The position numbers and the translations under genes are program-made. From NCBI RefSeq assembly GCF_963921235.1, contig NW_026948139.1, positions 124,001 through 188,000 of the forward strand: a stretch of 64,000 bases of DNA. The letters run 5' to 3'. The stretch comes from Mobula hypostoma. Taxonomy: Eukaryota. The stretch's first letter is position 1; each line of letters starts with the position of its first letter. Positions 34,901-46,400 of this stretch are shown in pieces. The notes below the pieces were generated by a model that was not told the origin of the DNA, ran no database searches, and saw nothing but the letters and a program-made list of their open reading frames with translations.

Positions 34901-37859
34901 CGTGTCCTTGGCTGATGTGATGGGAGCCCCACCATGTCCTTGGGATTGTAGGATGAGACGGTTTGGAGGGAGCCCTACACTGTGCTTATGATTGTGTGAT
35001 GAGAAGGTGTGGAGGGACCCCCACCCTCTCCTTGCAAGTGTGTGATGGGACAGCGTGAGGGAACCTCACTCTGTACTTGGGAGTCGGTGATGGAGGGAGA
35101 CTCACTCCGTCCTTGGGAGTGTCTGATTGTTCGGTCTGGAAGGAGCCTCACACATTCTTGGGAATGTGTGATAGGAAGGTGTGGAGGGAGCCTCGCCCAG
35201 TCCTTTTGAGTGTGTGATGGGACAGTGTGGAGGGAGCCTCACTCTGTCCTTGGGATTGTGGAGGGAGCCTGCCACTATCCCTCCAAGTGTGTTACGGGAT
35301 GGTGTGGAGGCAGCCTCACCCTATTTTTGGGAGTATGTGATGGGATAGTGTGGAGGCAGCCTCACGTCCTTTGGAGTGGTTTTTGGGATGTGTGGGGGTA
35401 GCCTCACCCCATCTTTGGGAGTGGGGTTTTCGGATGGTGTGGAGGGAGCCTCAGCTGCCCTTGAAAGGGTGTGATGGGGGGAGCCTAACCCTACCCTTGG
35501 GCGTGTGTAATTGGACTATGCAGAGGGAGCCTGACTCTGCACTTGGGGTGTGTGATGGGGGCCCTTGGGCGTGTGTGTTGGCATCATATGGAGGGAGCCT
35601 CACCATGCCCTTTTGAGTTTATGATGGGATGGTGTGGAGGGAGCTTCAGCCTGCCCTTGGGAGTGTGTGATGGAGTGAGCCTCACCCGCTCATTGTCAGT
35701 GTGCAATGGGTCGCCCTGGAGGGAGGCTCCCACTTTCCTAGGGAGAGTGTGATGGGGGTGTGCAGAGGTAGCCTCACCATACCATTGGGAGACTGTAACG
35801 AGAACCTCACCATATCCTTCGGATGGGAAGTCATGTTGGGAGCCCCACCCTGTGTTTAGGATTGTGCGATGAGGGTGTGGAGGGAGCCCCACCCTCTCCT
35901 TGGGTGTGTGTGACAGGACAGCATGGAGGGTCTTCATCCTGTCCTAGGGGGTGTGTGATGGGTCAGTGCGGATGGAGACTCACTCTGCACTTGGGAGTGT
36001 GTGTTTGAATGGTGTGGAGGGAGCCTCACCATATCCTTGGGATTGTAGGATGGGATGTTTTGGAGGGAGCCCCACCTTGTGCTTAGAGTTGTGCGATGAG
36101 GGTGTGGAGGGAGCCCCACCCTCTCCTTGCGATGGGACAACGTGGAGGGAACCTCACTCTGCACTTGGGAGTGGGTGATTGTTCGGCCTGGAAAGAGCCT
36201 CACCTCATCCTTGGGAATGGCGGATGGGACCCTCACCCTGTCCTTAGGAGTGTGAGTTGTGTTGGTGTGGACAGAGCCTCTCCCTGTCCGTTTGAGTGTG
36301 TGATGGGATCTGCGGAGGGAGCATCAGCTTGTCCTTTTGAATCTGTGATGGGATGGTGTGCAGGGAACCTCATTCTGCACTTGGGAAGGTGTGGAGGGAC
36401 CCTCACCCTGTCCTTGGCTGCGTGTGTTGGGATGGTGTGACACAGCCTCGCCCTATCCGTTTGAGTGTGTGATGGGACAGTGTGGAAGGAGCCTGACTCT
36501 GCCCTTCGGATTGTGTGACGGTATGGAGTGGAGGGAGCCTTCCACTATCCCTCCACGTGTGTGACCGGATGGTGTGGAGGGTGCCCCACCCTATCCTTGG
36601 GAGTGGGTGATTGTTCGGCCTGGAAAGAGCCTCACCTCATCCTTGGGAGTGTGCTATGGGTCAGTGCAGCAGGAGTCTCACCAGGTCCTTGGGATTGTAG
36701 GATGGGACAGTGTGGAGGGAACCCAACCTGTCCTTGGGAGTGTGTTATGGGATAGTGTGGAGGGAGCATCACTATGCCCTTGGGAGATTGTGATGGGAGT
36801 CTCACCATGACCCTGGGATTATATGATGGGAAGGCATGTTGGAAGCCCCACCCTGTGTTTAGGATTGTGTGATGAGGGTGTGGAGGGAGCCCCACCCTCT
36901 CCTTGGGTGTGTGTGACAGGACAGCATGGAGGGTCTTCATCCTGTCCTAGGGGGTGTGTGATGGGTCAGTGCGGATGGAGCCTCACTCTGCACTTGGGGT
37001 GTGTGTTGGGATGGTGTGGAGGGAGCCTCACCATGTCCGTGGGATTGTATGATGGGACAGTGTGGAGGGAACTCACCCTGTCCTGGGAGTGTGTGTTGGG
37101 ATGGTGTGGAGGGAGCCTCACCATGTCCGTGGGATTGTATGATGGGACAGTGTGGAGGGAACTCACCCTGTCCTGGGAGTGTGTGTTGGGATGGTGTGGA
37201 GGGAGCCTCACCATGTCCGTGGGATTGTATAATGGGACAGTGTGGAGGGAACTCACCCTGTCCTGGGAGTGTGTGTTGGGATGGTGTGGAGGGAGCCTCA
37301 CCATGTCCGTGGGATTGTATAATGGGACAGTGTGGAGGGAACTCACCCTGTCCTGGGAGTGTGTGTTGGGATGGTGTGGAGGGAGCCTCACCATGCCCTT
37401 GTGTGTGATTGGACAATGCCGCAGGAGACTCAGTCCGCACTTGGGAGTGTTTTACGGGACAGCGTGGAGGAAGCGTCGGCCTGTCCTTCAGAGTGGGCAA
37501 CGGGACAGTCTGGAGGGAGCCTCACCCTCTCCTCTTCAGTCTGTGATGGGATAGTGTGGAGGGAGCTTCACCCTGCATTTGGAGTGTGTTGGAAGGTGAG
37601 GTGGGAGCCTCACCCTGTTCTTGAGAGTATGTGATCATGCACCGTGGAGGGAACCTCACCCTGTACTTGGGAGTGAGTATTGGGATGTTGTGGAGGGAGC
37701 CCCTACCTGGTATCTCATTGCCAGTTTTACTTTCCCAGAGAGCTGCTGCGAGCAATGTCTACGCTTCTGTATGGGATTGGCCACCTCCTGCTCACCGCCT
37801 CCTCCTTCACTCGACGGGCCGTGGAGGGGAGCGCCACGCTGGTGGAGTACTACGACTGA
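20411..37859 (+). CDS. CIDEB: Cell death-inducing DFFA-like effector B (lipid transferase CIDEB), 5 coding exons, 237 aa
   Basis: join(20411-20526,25402-25543,26519-26665,31346-31533,37739-37859). All introns are GT-AG with consistent phases 2,0,0,2; CIDE-N and CIDE-C motifs are present; the gene is adjacent to NOP9 as in human. Confidence 0.95.
22105..22850 (+). mobile_element. Tc1-like non-autonomous DNA transposon remnant, interrupted at about 22331-22610
   Basis: Tc1 HTH-like SDFDCGMIVGARWGGLSISKTAD, then SISESTTRRTLKWTG after the interruption. Confidence 0.7.
23325..23970 (+). mobile_element. Dispersed non-coding repeat (probably LINE 5'UTR-derived); second copy at 51224-51750; contains a Penelope pLTR fragment at about 23420-23515
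   Basis: Shared blocks ggtggtaa..aagctcccactacc, ctaagcccggcggaaccgttt and ctgatctcaa..ctccgctgccttg in both copies. Confidence 0.7.
24270..24810 (-). mobile_element. CR1 3' remnant
   Basis: LRGDVRGKFL...FKRLLDRH in minus ORF 24328-24585. Confidence 0.7.
25402..25543 (+). CDS. CIDEB: CIDEB exon 2 (first half of CIDE-N)
   Basis: SVTTASADLTRRWWNSEPPQRPFRVCNHDRSRRKGLTAGTLRELVNK; cacag| acceptor, |gtgcgt donor. Confidence 0.96.
26010..26252 (-). mobile_element. tRNA-derived SINE; second copy at about 44635-44915
   Basis: Minus-strand head with A box (ccaagtggttaaggc) and B box (aaattcgagcc), then a CORE-like tgtgtctttgagcaaggcacttaac; both copies are closely similar. Confidence 0.8.
26519..26665 (+). 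CDS. CIDEB: CIDEB exon 3
   Basis: ALDALLITGVVSMVLEEDGTAVDTEDFFDHLDNDTVVMVLEKGQRWTSQ, carrying the CIDE-N EDGT motif. Confidence 0.97.
26771..27614 (+). mobile_element. Internally deleted Tc1/mariner transposon with long terminal inverted repeats
   Basis: About 200-bp imperfect TIRs (cagagcctataaaaagt... / ...actttttataggcactg|ta); transposase relics MRTKEHSKQL and ENLRLDLKQVVHSRSPCNLTELEQFCKEE...KLIETYP. Confidence 0.88.
28060..28980 (+). mobile_element. Degenerate CR1 RT fragment
   Basis: QGSVL and LHFGR...VVKKAFG motifs. Confidence 0.75.
28985..30045 (+). mobile_element. Penelope-like 3' remnant split by the 58-bp minisatellite
   Basis: atcgatttctccaatttc...taa (GIY-YIG end) at about 28985; pLTR ctgatgaagggtctcggcccaagacgttgactg at about 29949. 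Confidence 0.65.
29190..29912. repeat. 58-bp minisatellite (about 12 copies), C-rich strand on plus
   Basis: gggacagggtcagacacagggtgaggctccctccacaccgtcccgtcacacactccca at 29239, 29297... Confidence 0.95.
30683..31323. repeat. Same 58-bp minisatellite in inverted orientation (about 11 copies)
   Basis: gagcctcaccctgKgtctgaccctgtccctgggggtgtgtgacgggacggtgtgg is the reverse complement of the 29.2-kb unit. Confidence 0.95.
31346..31533 (+). CDS. CIDEB: CIDEB exon 4 (CIDE-C)
   Basis: RGMVSYAL...SKDIARITFDIYKLNPKDLFGSVNIRATFYGLYSMTFDIKCLGPKKVI; ttacag| acceptor, AG|gtaatg donor. Confidence 0.97.
31846..32240. mobile_element. Foldback/MITE-like hairpin (about 88-bp arms) with a Rex-like LINE 3' end inserted at its apex
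   Basis: 31846-31933 is the reverse complement of 32152-32240; gaga flanks both ends; the insert at about 31934-32145 matches 60960-61172. Confidence 0.8.
32440..33379 (+). mobile_element. Young 5'-truncated CR1 LINE with an uninterrupted RT C-terminal ORF
   Basis: KFADDTKVGG...LVRPHLEYCVQFW...FKRLLDRYM, open to 33318; ttctatgttctat tail. Confidence 0.93.
33500..37705. repeat. Degenerate array of about 45-bp monomers related to the 58-bp unit, including a homogeneous 90-bp higher-order repeat at about 37001-37395
   Basis: Recurrent gtggagggagcctcaccctgtccttgggagtgtgtgatgggaca; 90-bp period at 37001, 37091, 37181, 37271 and 37361. Confidence 0.92.
37739..37859 (+). CDS. CIDEB: CIDEB exon 5, with stop codon
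   Basis: ELLRAMSTLLYGIGHLLLTASSFTRRAVEGSATLVEYYD* versus human ELLRWTSTLLQGLGHMLLGISSTLRHAVEG; acceptor tttcccag. Confidence 0.95.
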
Positions 37860-38028
37860 TGGGCCTCCTCTTCCCCCACCCCTGGAGCACGTGTGTCTGC
37901 ACCCACAACCCGGGATCGCTCAGAGGATACAGACAGACCGGCAACGCTTACAGACACAGACCGATATTGACACCTGCACGCACACACCTACACCCACCCA
38001 CGCGGTCCCCTGCTTGTAATTTGCAATG

Positions 38029-38034
38029 ATTAAA
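38029..38034 (+). terminator. Probable CIDEB polyadenylation signal ATTAAA
   Basis: 170 nt after the stop codon and followed by GT/T-rich sequence. Confidence 0.5.
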
Positions 38035-38699
38035 TCTTGAGTCTAGTTCGGCTGATCGTCTGACTCCTGTTTGTTGCAACGGCTGTGTGCTTCCTCAGGT
38101 TCTGTCCCGCACACACACTAGTGACGGATCATTAAACAGGGAGTTTCAATCCTCTTCCTCGTCAGTCCCACCTATCCGCTCATTCCCCTGTTGCTCAACC
38201 AATGACCCTCTCTGTCAGACGCCAACACCCACACACTGGCCGATTAACCCACCGTACGTCTCTGGGACGTGGGAGGGAACCACACACCCCGCGGTAAACC
38301 CACCGGCGTCAGAGGGAGAACGTGCAAATTCCAACAGAGATTCGTGGGAGATGCCCCGTCTCCACCCCGTTGTGGGGAACCCGTGGAGGCCGGCTAATTA
38401 GATACCTTGAAATTGGACGTACTGATATTAGACAGATACGGAATGTGAGGAGATTGGTGGGATCTGCGCCAGGTATGGATCAATGTGGCTCGGCAAGATT
38501 AACGGCTTGGCACTGACTAGATGGGCCGAACGGCCTGTTTCGGCACCGTATTAGTCTGACTTTATGTTGCCCTTAAGTCTTCCAACTTACGCTCTAAACC
38601 CATGGCCTCCAGTTCTACAATACTTTCACCCGCACCTCTACGGAAAAAGCCTGCTTGCATTTACCCTATCCACTCATAATTTTGTAAACCTCTATACCT

Positions 38700-39335
38700 C
38701 TGGCCTTCATAACTAGGGGAATTGAGTATAAGAGCAAAGAGGTCCTTCTGCAGTTGTACAGGGCCCTGGTGAGACCACACCTGCAGTACCATGTGCAGTT
38801 TTGGTCTCCAAATTTGAGGAAGGACATTCTTGCTATTGAGGGAGTGCAGCGTAGGTTCACGAGGTTAATTCCCGGGATGGCAGGACTGTCACATGTCAAA
38901 AGATTGGAGCGACTGGGCTTGTATACTCTGGAATTTAGAAGGCTGAGAGGGGATCTTATTGAAACCTTTAAGATTATTAAGGGATTGGACACGCTGGAGG
39001 CAGGAAGCATGTTCCCGCTGATGGGTGAGTCCAGAACCGGAGGTCACAGTTTAAGAATAAGGGGTAGGCCATTTAGAACGGAGTTGAGGAAAAACTTTTT
39101 CACCCAGAGAGTGGTGGATATATGGAATGCTCTGCCCCAGAAGGCTGTGGAGGCCAAGTCTCTGGATGCTTTCAAGAAAGAGATGGATAGAGCTCTTAAA
39201 GATAGCGGAATCAAAGGTTATGGGGATAAGGCAGCAACTGGATACTGATTGTGGATGATCAGCCATGATCACAGTGAACGGTGGTGCTGGCTCGAAGGGC
39301 CGAATGGCCCACTCCTGCACCTATTGTCTACTGTC
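38700..39335 (+). mobile_element. Young CR1 3' fragment nested in an older minus-strand CR1 (about 38570-39690)
   Basis: ORF 38754-39248 YRALVRPHLQY...FKKEMDRAL; ctattgtctactgtc tail; the flanks read as antisense CR1. Confidence 0.88.
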
Positions 39336-40849
39336 AAACCTCCCCTACACTTCAGGGAATAAAGTCTTAATCTGTTTATCTTTCCCTAAAATTCAGGTCC
39401 TCAAGTCCCGGAAACCTCTGTAAATTTTCTCTGTACTCTTTCAGCCTTATTGATATCTTTCCTGTAGGTAATTGACCAGAACAGCACACAATACTCCAAA
39501 TTCGGCCTCACCGATTTCTTACACATCAACAGAACATCCTAACTCCTGTACTCAACACTTTGCTTTATGAAGGCTTTATGACCCTAGCTACCCACTACCT
39601 CACTTTGAAGGTACTGTGGATCTGTATTCCCATTTTCCTGTTCCACCGCTCCCCTCAGAGCCCTACCGTCCACCGTGCAAGTTCACCTCACACTCGCCTG
39701 CATTCGGTTAGACACAAGCCGCACTTCTCCAGGATCCTAATTCACTCGCCAAAGTCCGAGGAGGGCCCTGCCAAGACTGAGTCACAGAGTACCGTTCCTC
39801 TGAAAAATGCTTAAAATTATGAGGGGCGCAGGGAAGGAGAATGTGCAGCGCTCTCTCCATGGCTTTGGGAATCCAAAGGGTGCCCAGCATATGGATCGAA
39901 CAGCCGGAGGAAGTGGTACATGAACATTTAAAAAGGTACTCGGATAGGAAAGGTTTGGGCCAAGCGCGGACAAGTGGGACTGGCTCGGATAGGAATCTCG
40001 GTCGGCAGCGACTGGTTGGGGCGAAGGTCCCATTTTCACGCTCTGACACACTCATGGAGGGAGAGATCAGGGAAGTGAGGACACTGGCGATCTGGGACAG
40101 TACGAGGTGGCTGGGTCAGCACAGATTAGTCACCATTGTACCAGCTGACAGGACAGTTCTGAAAGGCCGAGTGGCCTTCACCTGCTCCCGTTTCCCTCTT
40201 GGACACCTCACCCAAGGAAGGTGTGCGGGAACGGAGAGACAGGAGCCAGGGTCAGATTCCTGAGGGTGTATGTAAAGATCATACAAGTCAGTGGTTATGT
40301 GCAGAGGAAGCAGCTGAGAAAGGTATTTTTAAAGGGCATTTGAACAGGGTCATGGAGGGATGCGGGCCAAACCTGGTCAAATGGAATTAACAAGAGACAT
40401 CAGGGCCTGAATGAGCCCTTTTCCCTGGTGTACAGTTCTGATTGAACAGTTCTACGTAGGGAGGGCGATAGTCTCACAGACATGACAAGCTGCACACATA
40501 GATACGGAGTTATGGAGATGAGGGGTGCCTCACTCCCCACCGTGGTACAATTAAACCATCGAACCATTGGCAACCAGCCAGCAGCCCGGCTGATGGCTGG
40601 ACGCAGAGTGGAAACCGACTGAGACGGAACAACATACGGGCCAGACGCCTCACCCACCACTGCCCCTTTTGTGACTGACCGGAGTGCAGGGTCCGAGGGC
40701 ACTGCCACGTGGTCACATGGCCTGTTCCTTTAACACCAGTCATCTCTGGCTGCCCAGTGGGAGGATTTACTTGTGGGGCAGGGAGAATGCTTGGGACCAG
40801 GGGCAGTGGGTGGGGAGGGGTTAGGGGGGAAAATACCTCTTCCAAAATC

Positions 40850-41230
40850 TAACCCTTCCCTCCCACACAACCATCCATTTTCTATCACCTGTGTGCCTAT
40901 CTAAACATCTCTTACATGTTCCCCCACCCCACCCTGTACTTTCCCCCAATCACCATAACAAAATAACATTACGCCGTCCCGTATTAGCCATTTGTGGCCT
41001 GGGGAAAAGTCACTGTCTGTCCACTCTGACTGTGCCTCTTATCATCGTATATGCCTTCCATCCTCCACTTTAGAGAAGAGCCCCAGCTCGTTCAATCTAT
41101 CTTGATAAGACAGGCTCTCTGGTCCAGGCAGCATCCTGGTAGATCTCCTCTGCCCTCTCTCTAAAGCTTCCACATCCTGCCTCTAATGAGACAACCAGAA
41201 CAGAACGCAATGTTCCAAGTATGGTCTAAC
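40850..41230 (-). mobile_element. CR1 3' remnant
   Basis: LVRPYLEHCVLFW on the minus strand, plus CR1 3' UTR-like sequence. Confidence 0.7.
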
Positions 41231-42624
41231 AAGGGGGAAGAGAGGGGCGAGGGAGTGAGCACAAGTGACCAGCCTGTATGCTCCAGCCTTTAGCAGCAAG
41301 GTTAAATGCTGTAACAGTGCTTCATGCTCGAGGACGGTGGTCCCACAAATAATTGTTGAGAAACACAAAGGATTTAAAACCAGGTTGGTGCCCCTGTTGT
41401 TTCAGACCAGACAAGATGAGATTTAAGGTCTGGAAATGTTTACAGGGCAGGACGACTAGCGATGAAATAGCACTGGCCAAGACTAGGGCCACAACAGTGA
41501 AGACTCTCTAACCCAGGCAGCATCGTCGTAAATCTCTACACACATCCTTCCTATGATGAGAGACACATCACATACGAGATCTGAGAGGAGCAGTGTTGAT
41601 GTTTGCAGAGGGAGAAGCGGGAAGAAGAGGGAAAAAGCACGCTGACCTGCAGGGAAGGTGGGAGAGGAGGGAAGGGGATGGGTCCATGGGGGTTAAGCTG
41701 TAAACAAGTTGACCTGGTCAATAGCTGAATGGGAGCAGTCAGAGGCAAAACGGAGACCAAGGAAGGTAGATGTTGTGAAAAGCAGAGCAGGGAGACGTGC
41801 CGGGCAGGTCAGCCTGGACATGTTCCCCACTCCCAGAGGGGGTGAGGGAAACACAGAGAAGCTGAGCCAGAATATTTTCCCCATTTATTGACCAGAGAAT
41901 ATTATTTACATCTCACTCCCTACCGCTTTCACCCATCAGAGACACCACCACCACCTCCCACCTCTCATCTCCCTCCCAGTTCTGACGGGTGGGGGGGGGG
42001 AGGAGGGATGGGGGTCCTTGTCCTGAATCACCGACGCTTGTGCCACATCACAAAGGCATGGACTGACCCGCCGAGGATTTCCAGGCCCTTCCAGTTTCAC
42101 CGAGGACGGTCACAATAACAAATCTGTTTGTTTCTTCACGGGGGGTGACAGGGTGGCGGGGTAGTGGGGGGGGCAACATCTGACAAACGACTGCGTGACA
42201 AGTTTGCACGGGGCAACAAAGCTAAAACCTTTATCCAGAGCAACACACAAGGGAGCCGGAGGAAGCCAGCAGCGTTAACCCCAACTCCCCGGCATCTGCA
42301 GTCTCTCTCCTTCAGGGGCTTCGCTCCTACTCACACGATTCTGTTTTCGAAAAGTGGCCGTGGTTCTGTTGACATTGTTGGCTAATGTTCTAATTTCTGA
42401 AATAAGTTTTTAACACAAAGGACTTGGTGGTCTTGCCCCGAAACATTGACTGTTTATTCCCCACCACAGATGCTGCCAGTCTTGCTGAGTTCCTCCAGCA
42501 TTTCACAGGCTGCTCTGGATTTCCACTATCGTCAGAACCTTCAGTACACGGATGCCACACCCTTTAACGAACCAAGCGGTCTGAGCCCTGAGAGTGGGTG
42601 ACTCTCAGTACTGGCACCTGCGTG

Positions 42625-42630
42625 TTTATT
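42625..42630 (-). terminator. Probable NOP9 polyadenylation signal AATAAA
   Basis: First AATAAA noticed on the minus strand after the stop, about 590 nt downstream. Confidence 0.5.
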
Positions 42631-43221
42631 GTTCTCCTTTTTTAAAAAAAACTTACTTTTAAACCATTCTTGGTTAAAACCTTTACGGACAATCGATGCA
42701 GGTGAGCTCGAGAAGACCAAAAATGACAAAGTTCTTCCAGCGTTTGACCTTAGATTGTTACCCCGATGGCCACAAGGGGTGGGGAGGGGGGCACAGTCTG
42801 GGAGTACACGTTCAGCCGTACAGGAGGATGGAAGTTCTCCACCCGGAGGACGGTGCAACTTCGGAATTCCGTCCCCGAACTCAAACGCCACGCCGGAGTC
42901 TAGTCTGTTCACAGACTAACAGATTTCTGGTTATTGAGGGAAGGGGATCTCAGTGATGGGGGGCCAGGGTAGAAACGGGGGACAGACTGTCTGCCCCGCC
43001 TGCCCCACCACCCTGCTCCGAAGTTGCAAGTGTCTGAGTGGCCCGGTCATGGCAGATACCGGGAATTCCAACCGCCGGCAGAGGATTCCGACGGCCATTC
43101 CGGACTAGATTCCCCTTGGCAGGTGCCTCCCCCTCTGCCCCGACCGGATTAAGTCACACCCAGAGGGAACGCCGGGAGAGACGGACCGGAGCAGGGGGTG
43201 GGGGTTTGGGGGAAAGAAGCC

Positions 43222-43403
43222 TCACGGCGTTTCCGGCATTCCAGCTTCAGTCTCCAGGATGTCGGAGACCGCCTTGCGCTTCCTGGTTTCTGACTCCTGC
43301 AAACTCTCCCAGTCCTCTAGCTTCCTGCGGAAGGTCCCCAGGTCCATTTTCCGGATAGCACGGTGTCCATAGCGGCTGGCCTTCAACAGTTCCCTCTTTT
43401 CAG
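43222..43403 (-). CDS. NOP9: NOP9 exon 10, with stop codon
   Basis: EKRELLKASRYGHRAIRKMDLGTFRRKLEDWE...DILETEAGMPETP*. Confidence 0.92.
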
Positions 43404-46400
43404 CTGGAGGTAGTGGGGGAGGGGAGGGGGGTTTGTGTAGGTAGGGCCAGGAGGGAGGCATAAGGGGGACAAAGAGGAGGAACGTCAGCTAGTGAGGGTT
43501 ACCAGCTGCTGCCCTATTGCCCATGGCACCTCCCTCCCCCAGAGCATGAAATGCCATTACCTCGCTCAGTCTCCCACAATGACCCGGGACACACTTTCAA
43601 CCTCCAACCCCACCACTTCTAACCCTTTGGCCCCTACACCGCCCCATCTCACTTTCCAGGGTCTCAGAATCCCCTTACACCCACTCCCAGCCACTGGGCC
43701 TACTCTCCACCACCCCGAGCCCACTAGAGTCCACACCAAGGGTCCCACCGTCCTAAACAACCCCTCCCCTCCAAATGCCTTACACAACTACTGACCCTGG
43801 GACACCTAACCTCTTCCTATCCCAGGGTCCCCATCTTAACACGACCCTCTCTGCCTCTCTCCCAACCCTGCAATACATGGACACCTCCTTGCCCACAATC
43901 TGCCGGGAGCCGGTTGCCCGTGATGCTCTCCTCCTTCTCTGGACCGACAGCACCCCCCTCTGTCAAAACACATGCACTGACGTGGTGACCCTCCCAGCCC
44001 AGGGAGAAGGGGAGACTCACACAGCTCCTGGGCGATACTCCGTCGCATCTCGAGCGGTGCAAAGAGCCAGATCTGGTCGAAGACCCGGCTGCCATGCTTG
44101 CTACAGGCCAGCTGGAAGAAGTGACCCTGTGGGGAGAGGAAGTGGGAGGGAGCAAGGATCGAGAGGGGAAGAAAATATAGATTCCAAGGTAAAATTTGGG
44201 GATTTTCAGATTGGTTGAAGAGGGAGAGCGATGTGGTTACAAACAGGACGGGAGTGAAGAGCACAACAATGACATTCAGTGCCCATACTTGCCCCCACCA
44301 CCCACCCACAAACATCTCATCCCTGGTACACCCACTACCCTCGACTCCAGGCCAACAGTCCCCTTCCCCTTGAAGCACTGACTTGTACTGTAGGAGGTAG
44401 CCATTCGGTCCACAGCTTCCTGCTAGTTCACAGTGACCTGGTCTCCTTTCCGGTTCACAGGCTCTCCTGGAATCCTCTGGGGAGAGTCTCTGCCTGCTGC
44501 AGCCCACTCTGACCCAGGTACTGAGTCCGAACCCACAGCCAGTTACACGCCCCCCACCCCCGACACACTCTCCTTCATAACTTACCCTTGTTAACCCTCT
44601 CTGTCCCATTTAATATCTCACTACCCTTTGATATAGGCATCCATTAGCCTCATGAGACCATGGATTTGCACCTTGGAAGGTTTCCAGGGCGTTGCCTGGG
44701 CAAGGTTGTATGGAAGACCGTCAGCTGCCCATGCTGCAAGTCTCCCCTCTCCACGCCACCAATGTTGTCCAAGGGCCGATACAGCTTGGCACTGGTGTCA
44801 TCGCAGAGCACTGTGTGGTTAAGTGCCTTGCTCAAGGACACAACACGCTGCCTCAGCCAAGGCTCAAACTAGTGACCTTCAAATCACTAGACGAACGCCT
44901 TAACCACTTGGCCACTTGCCAACACCCCTTGATAAGACTGATGATAACCCCTCTCACATTGAAAATGAACCTCCTTCCCCCAATCAGGACACTCTGTCCA
45001 ATTTAGTAAACCACCCCCCAGAATCAGGACCCCAGTTAACCCCCACCAATAATACATTTAATAACAGTCCTTTGATTGGACCCTCATTAATCCCATCAGT
45101 CCTATTTAATATTAACCCACCCCCACAGCAAGACTCTTGTTAACCCATCCCATTTAACAACCTATCCCTTTGATCAAAACCTCACTTCCCCTCTGTCCTG
45201 TTTAATATCCACCACTTCCCTAATGGAATCCAACTGAACCCCGTATGTCCTATTTAATAGTAATCCTCCTGCTAAAGGGGTTCCCAACCTTTGCTATGCC
45301 ATCGATGCTTCTGTGGACCCTGGTTGGGAACCCCTGCTCTTGATGGACCCCCATAAGCATCCTGCCCACGCCCAGTTCGTTCTCGTTCTTGTTCATGTTC
45401 GTTCTCTCACAGAGACACACACACGCGCACGCCCTGCTGGCTCCCTTTCTCCTTCGTGTTCGTTCTCTCACAGAGACACACGTACACACACGCACGCCCA
45501 GTTCGTTCTCGTTCGTTCTCTCACAGAGACACACGTACACACACGCACGCCCTGCTGGCTCCCTTGCTCGTTCGTGTTCGTTCTCTCACAGAGACACACA
45601 CACGCACGCCCAGTTCGTTCTCGTTCTTGTGTTTGTTCTCTCACAGAGACACACGCACGCACAGTTCGTTCTCGTTCTTGTTTGTGTTCGTTCTCTCACA
45701 GAGACACACACACACGCACGCCCAGTTCATTCTCGTTCTCGTTCGTGTTCGTTCTCTCACAGAGACAAACGTACACACACGCACGCCCTGCTGGTTCCCT
45801 TTCTTGTTCGTGTTCGTTCTCTCACAAACGTACACACACACGTACACACACGCACGCCCTGCTGGCTCCCTTTCTCGTTCGTGTTCGTTCTCTCACAGAG
45901 ACACACGTACACACGCGCGCCCTGCTGGCTCCCTTTCTCGTTCGTGTTCGTTCTCTCACAGAGACACACGTACACACGCGCGCCCTGCTGGCTCCCTTTC
46001 TCGTTCGTGTTCGTTCTCTCACAGAGACACACGTACACACGCGCGCACGCCCTGCTGGCTCCCTTGCTCACCGTAAACTTGCGGAGCACGGCTTTCTTCT
46101 GCTTTTCGGACACGGTGGTGCTGTCGATGAGGGAGTCGAAGACGTGGCTGCCGGCGGGGTTACAGGCCAGGACGAGGAGGTCATCCACCGGGCTTTCTGC
46201 CATGCTGCGCACTAAGGTGATGGGCTTCTCGAAATTCAGCAGGTGCTGCGCCAGGAGGGTGCCATGGTAGTTCACCAGCTTGAGTCGGGCAACACCAGAC
46301 GGCTGCGGGCGAGAGAGAGGGAGAGTCAGTCCCAACGGTATCACAGGCAGATGATTGCCCTGGGTCAGAGACACACAGGGACTCACTGAGGGTGTGGAAT

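Noticed and set aside
36823-37554. Cys/Trp/Gly-rich repetitive ORFs (similar ones at 45313-46270 and 53594-54495)
   Set aside because: They are translations of minisatellites, open in several frames and on both strands.
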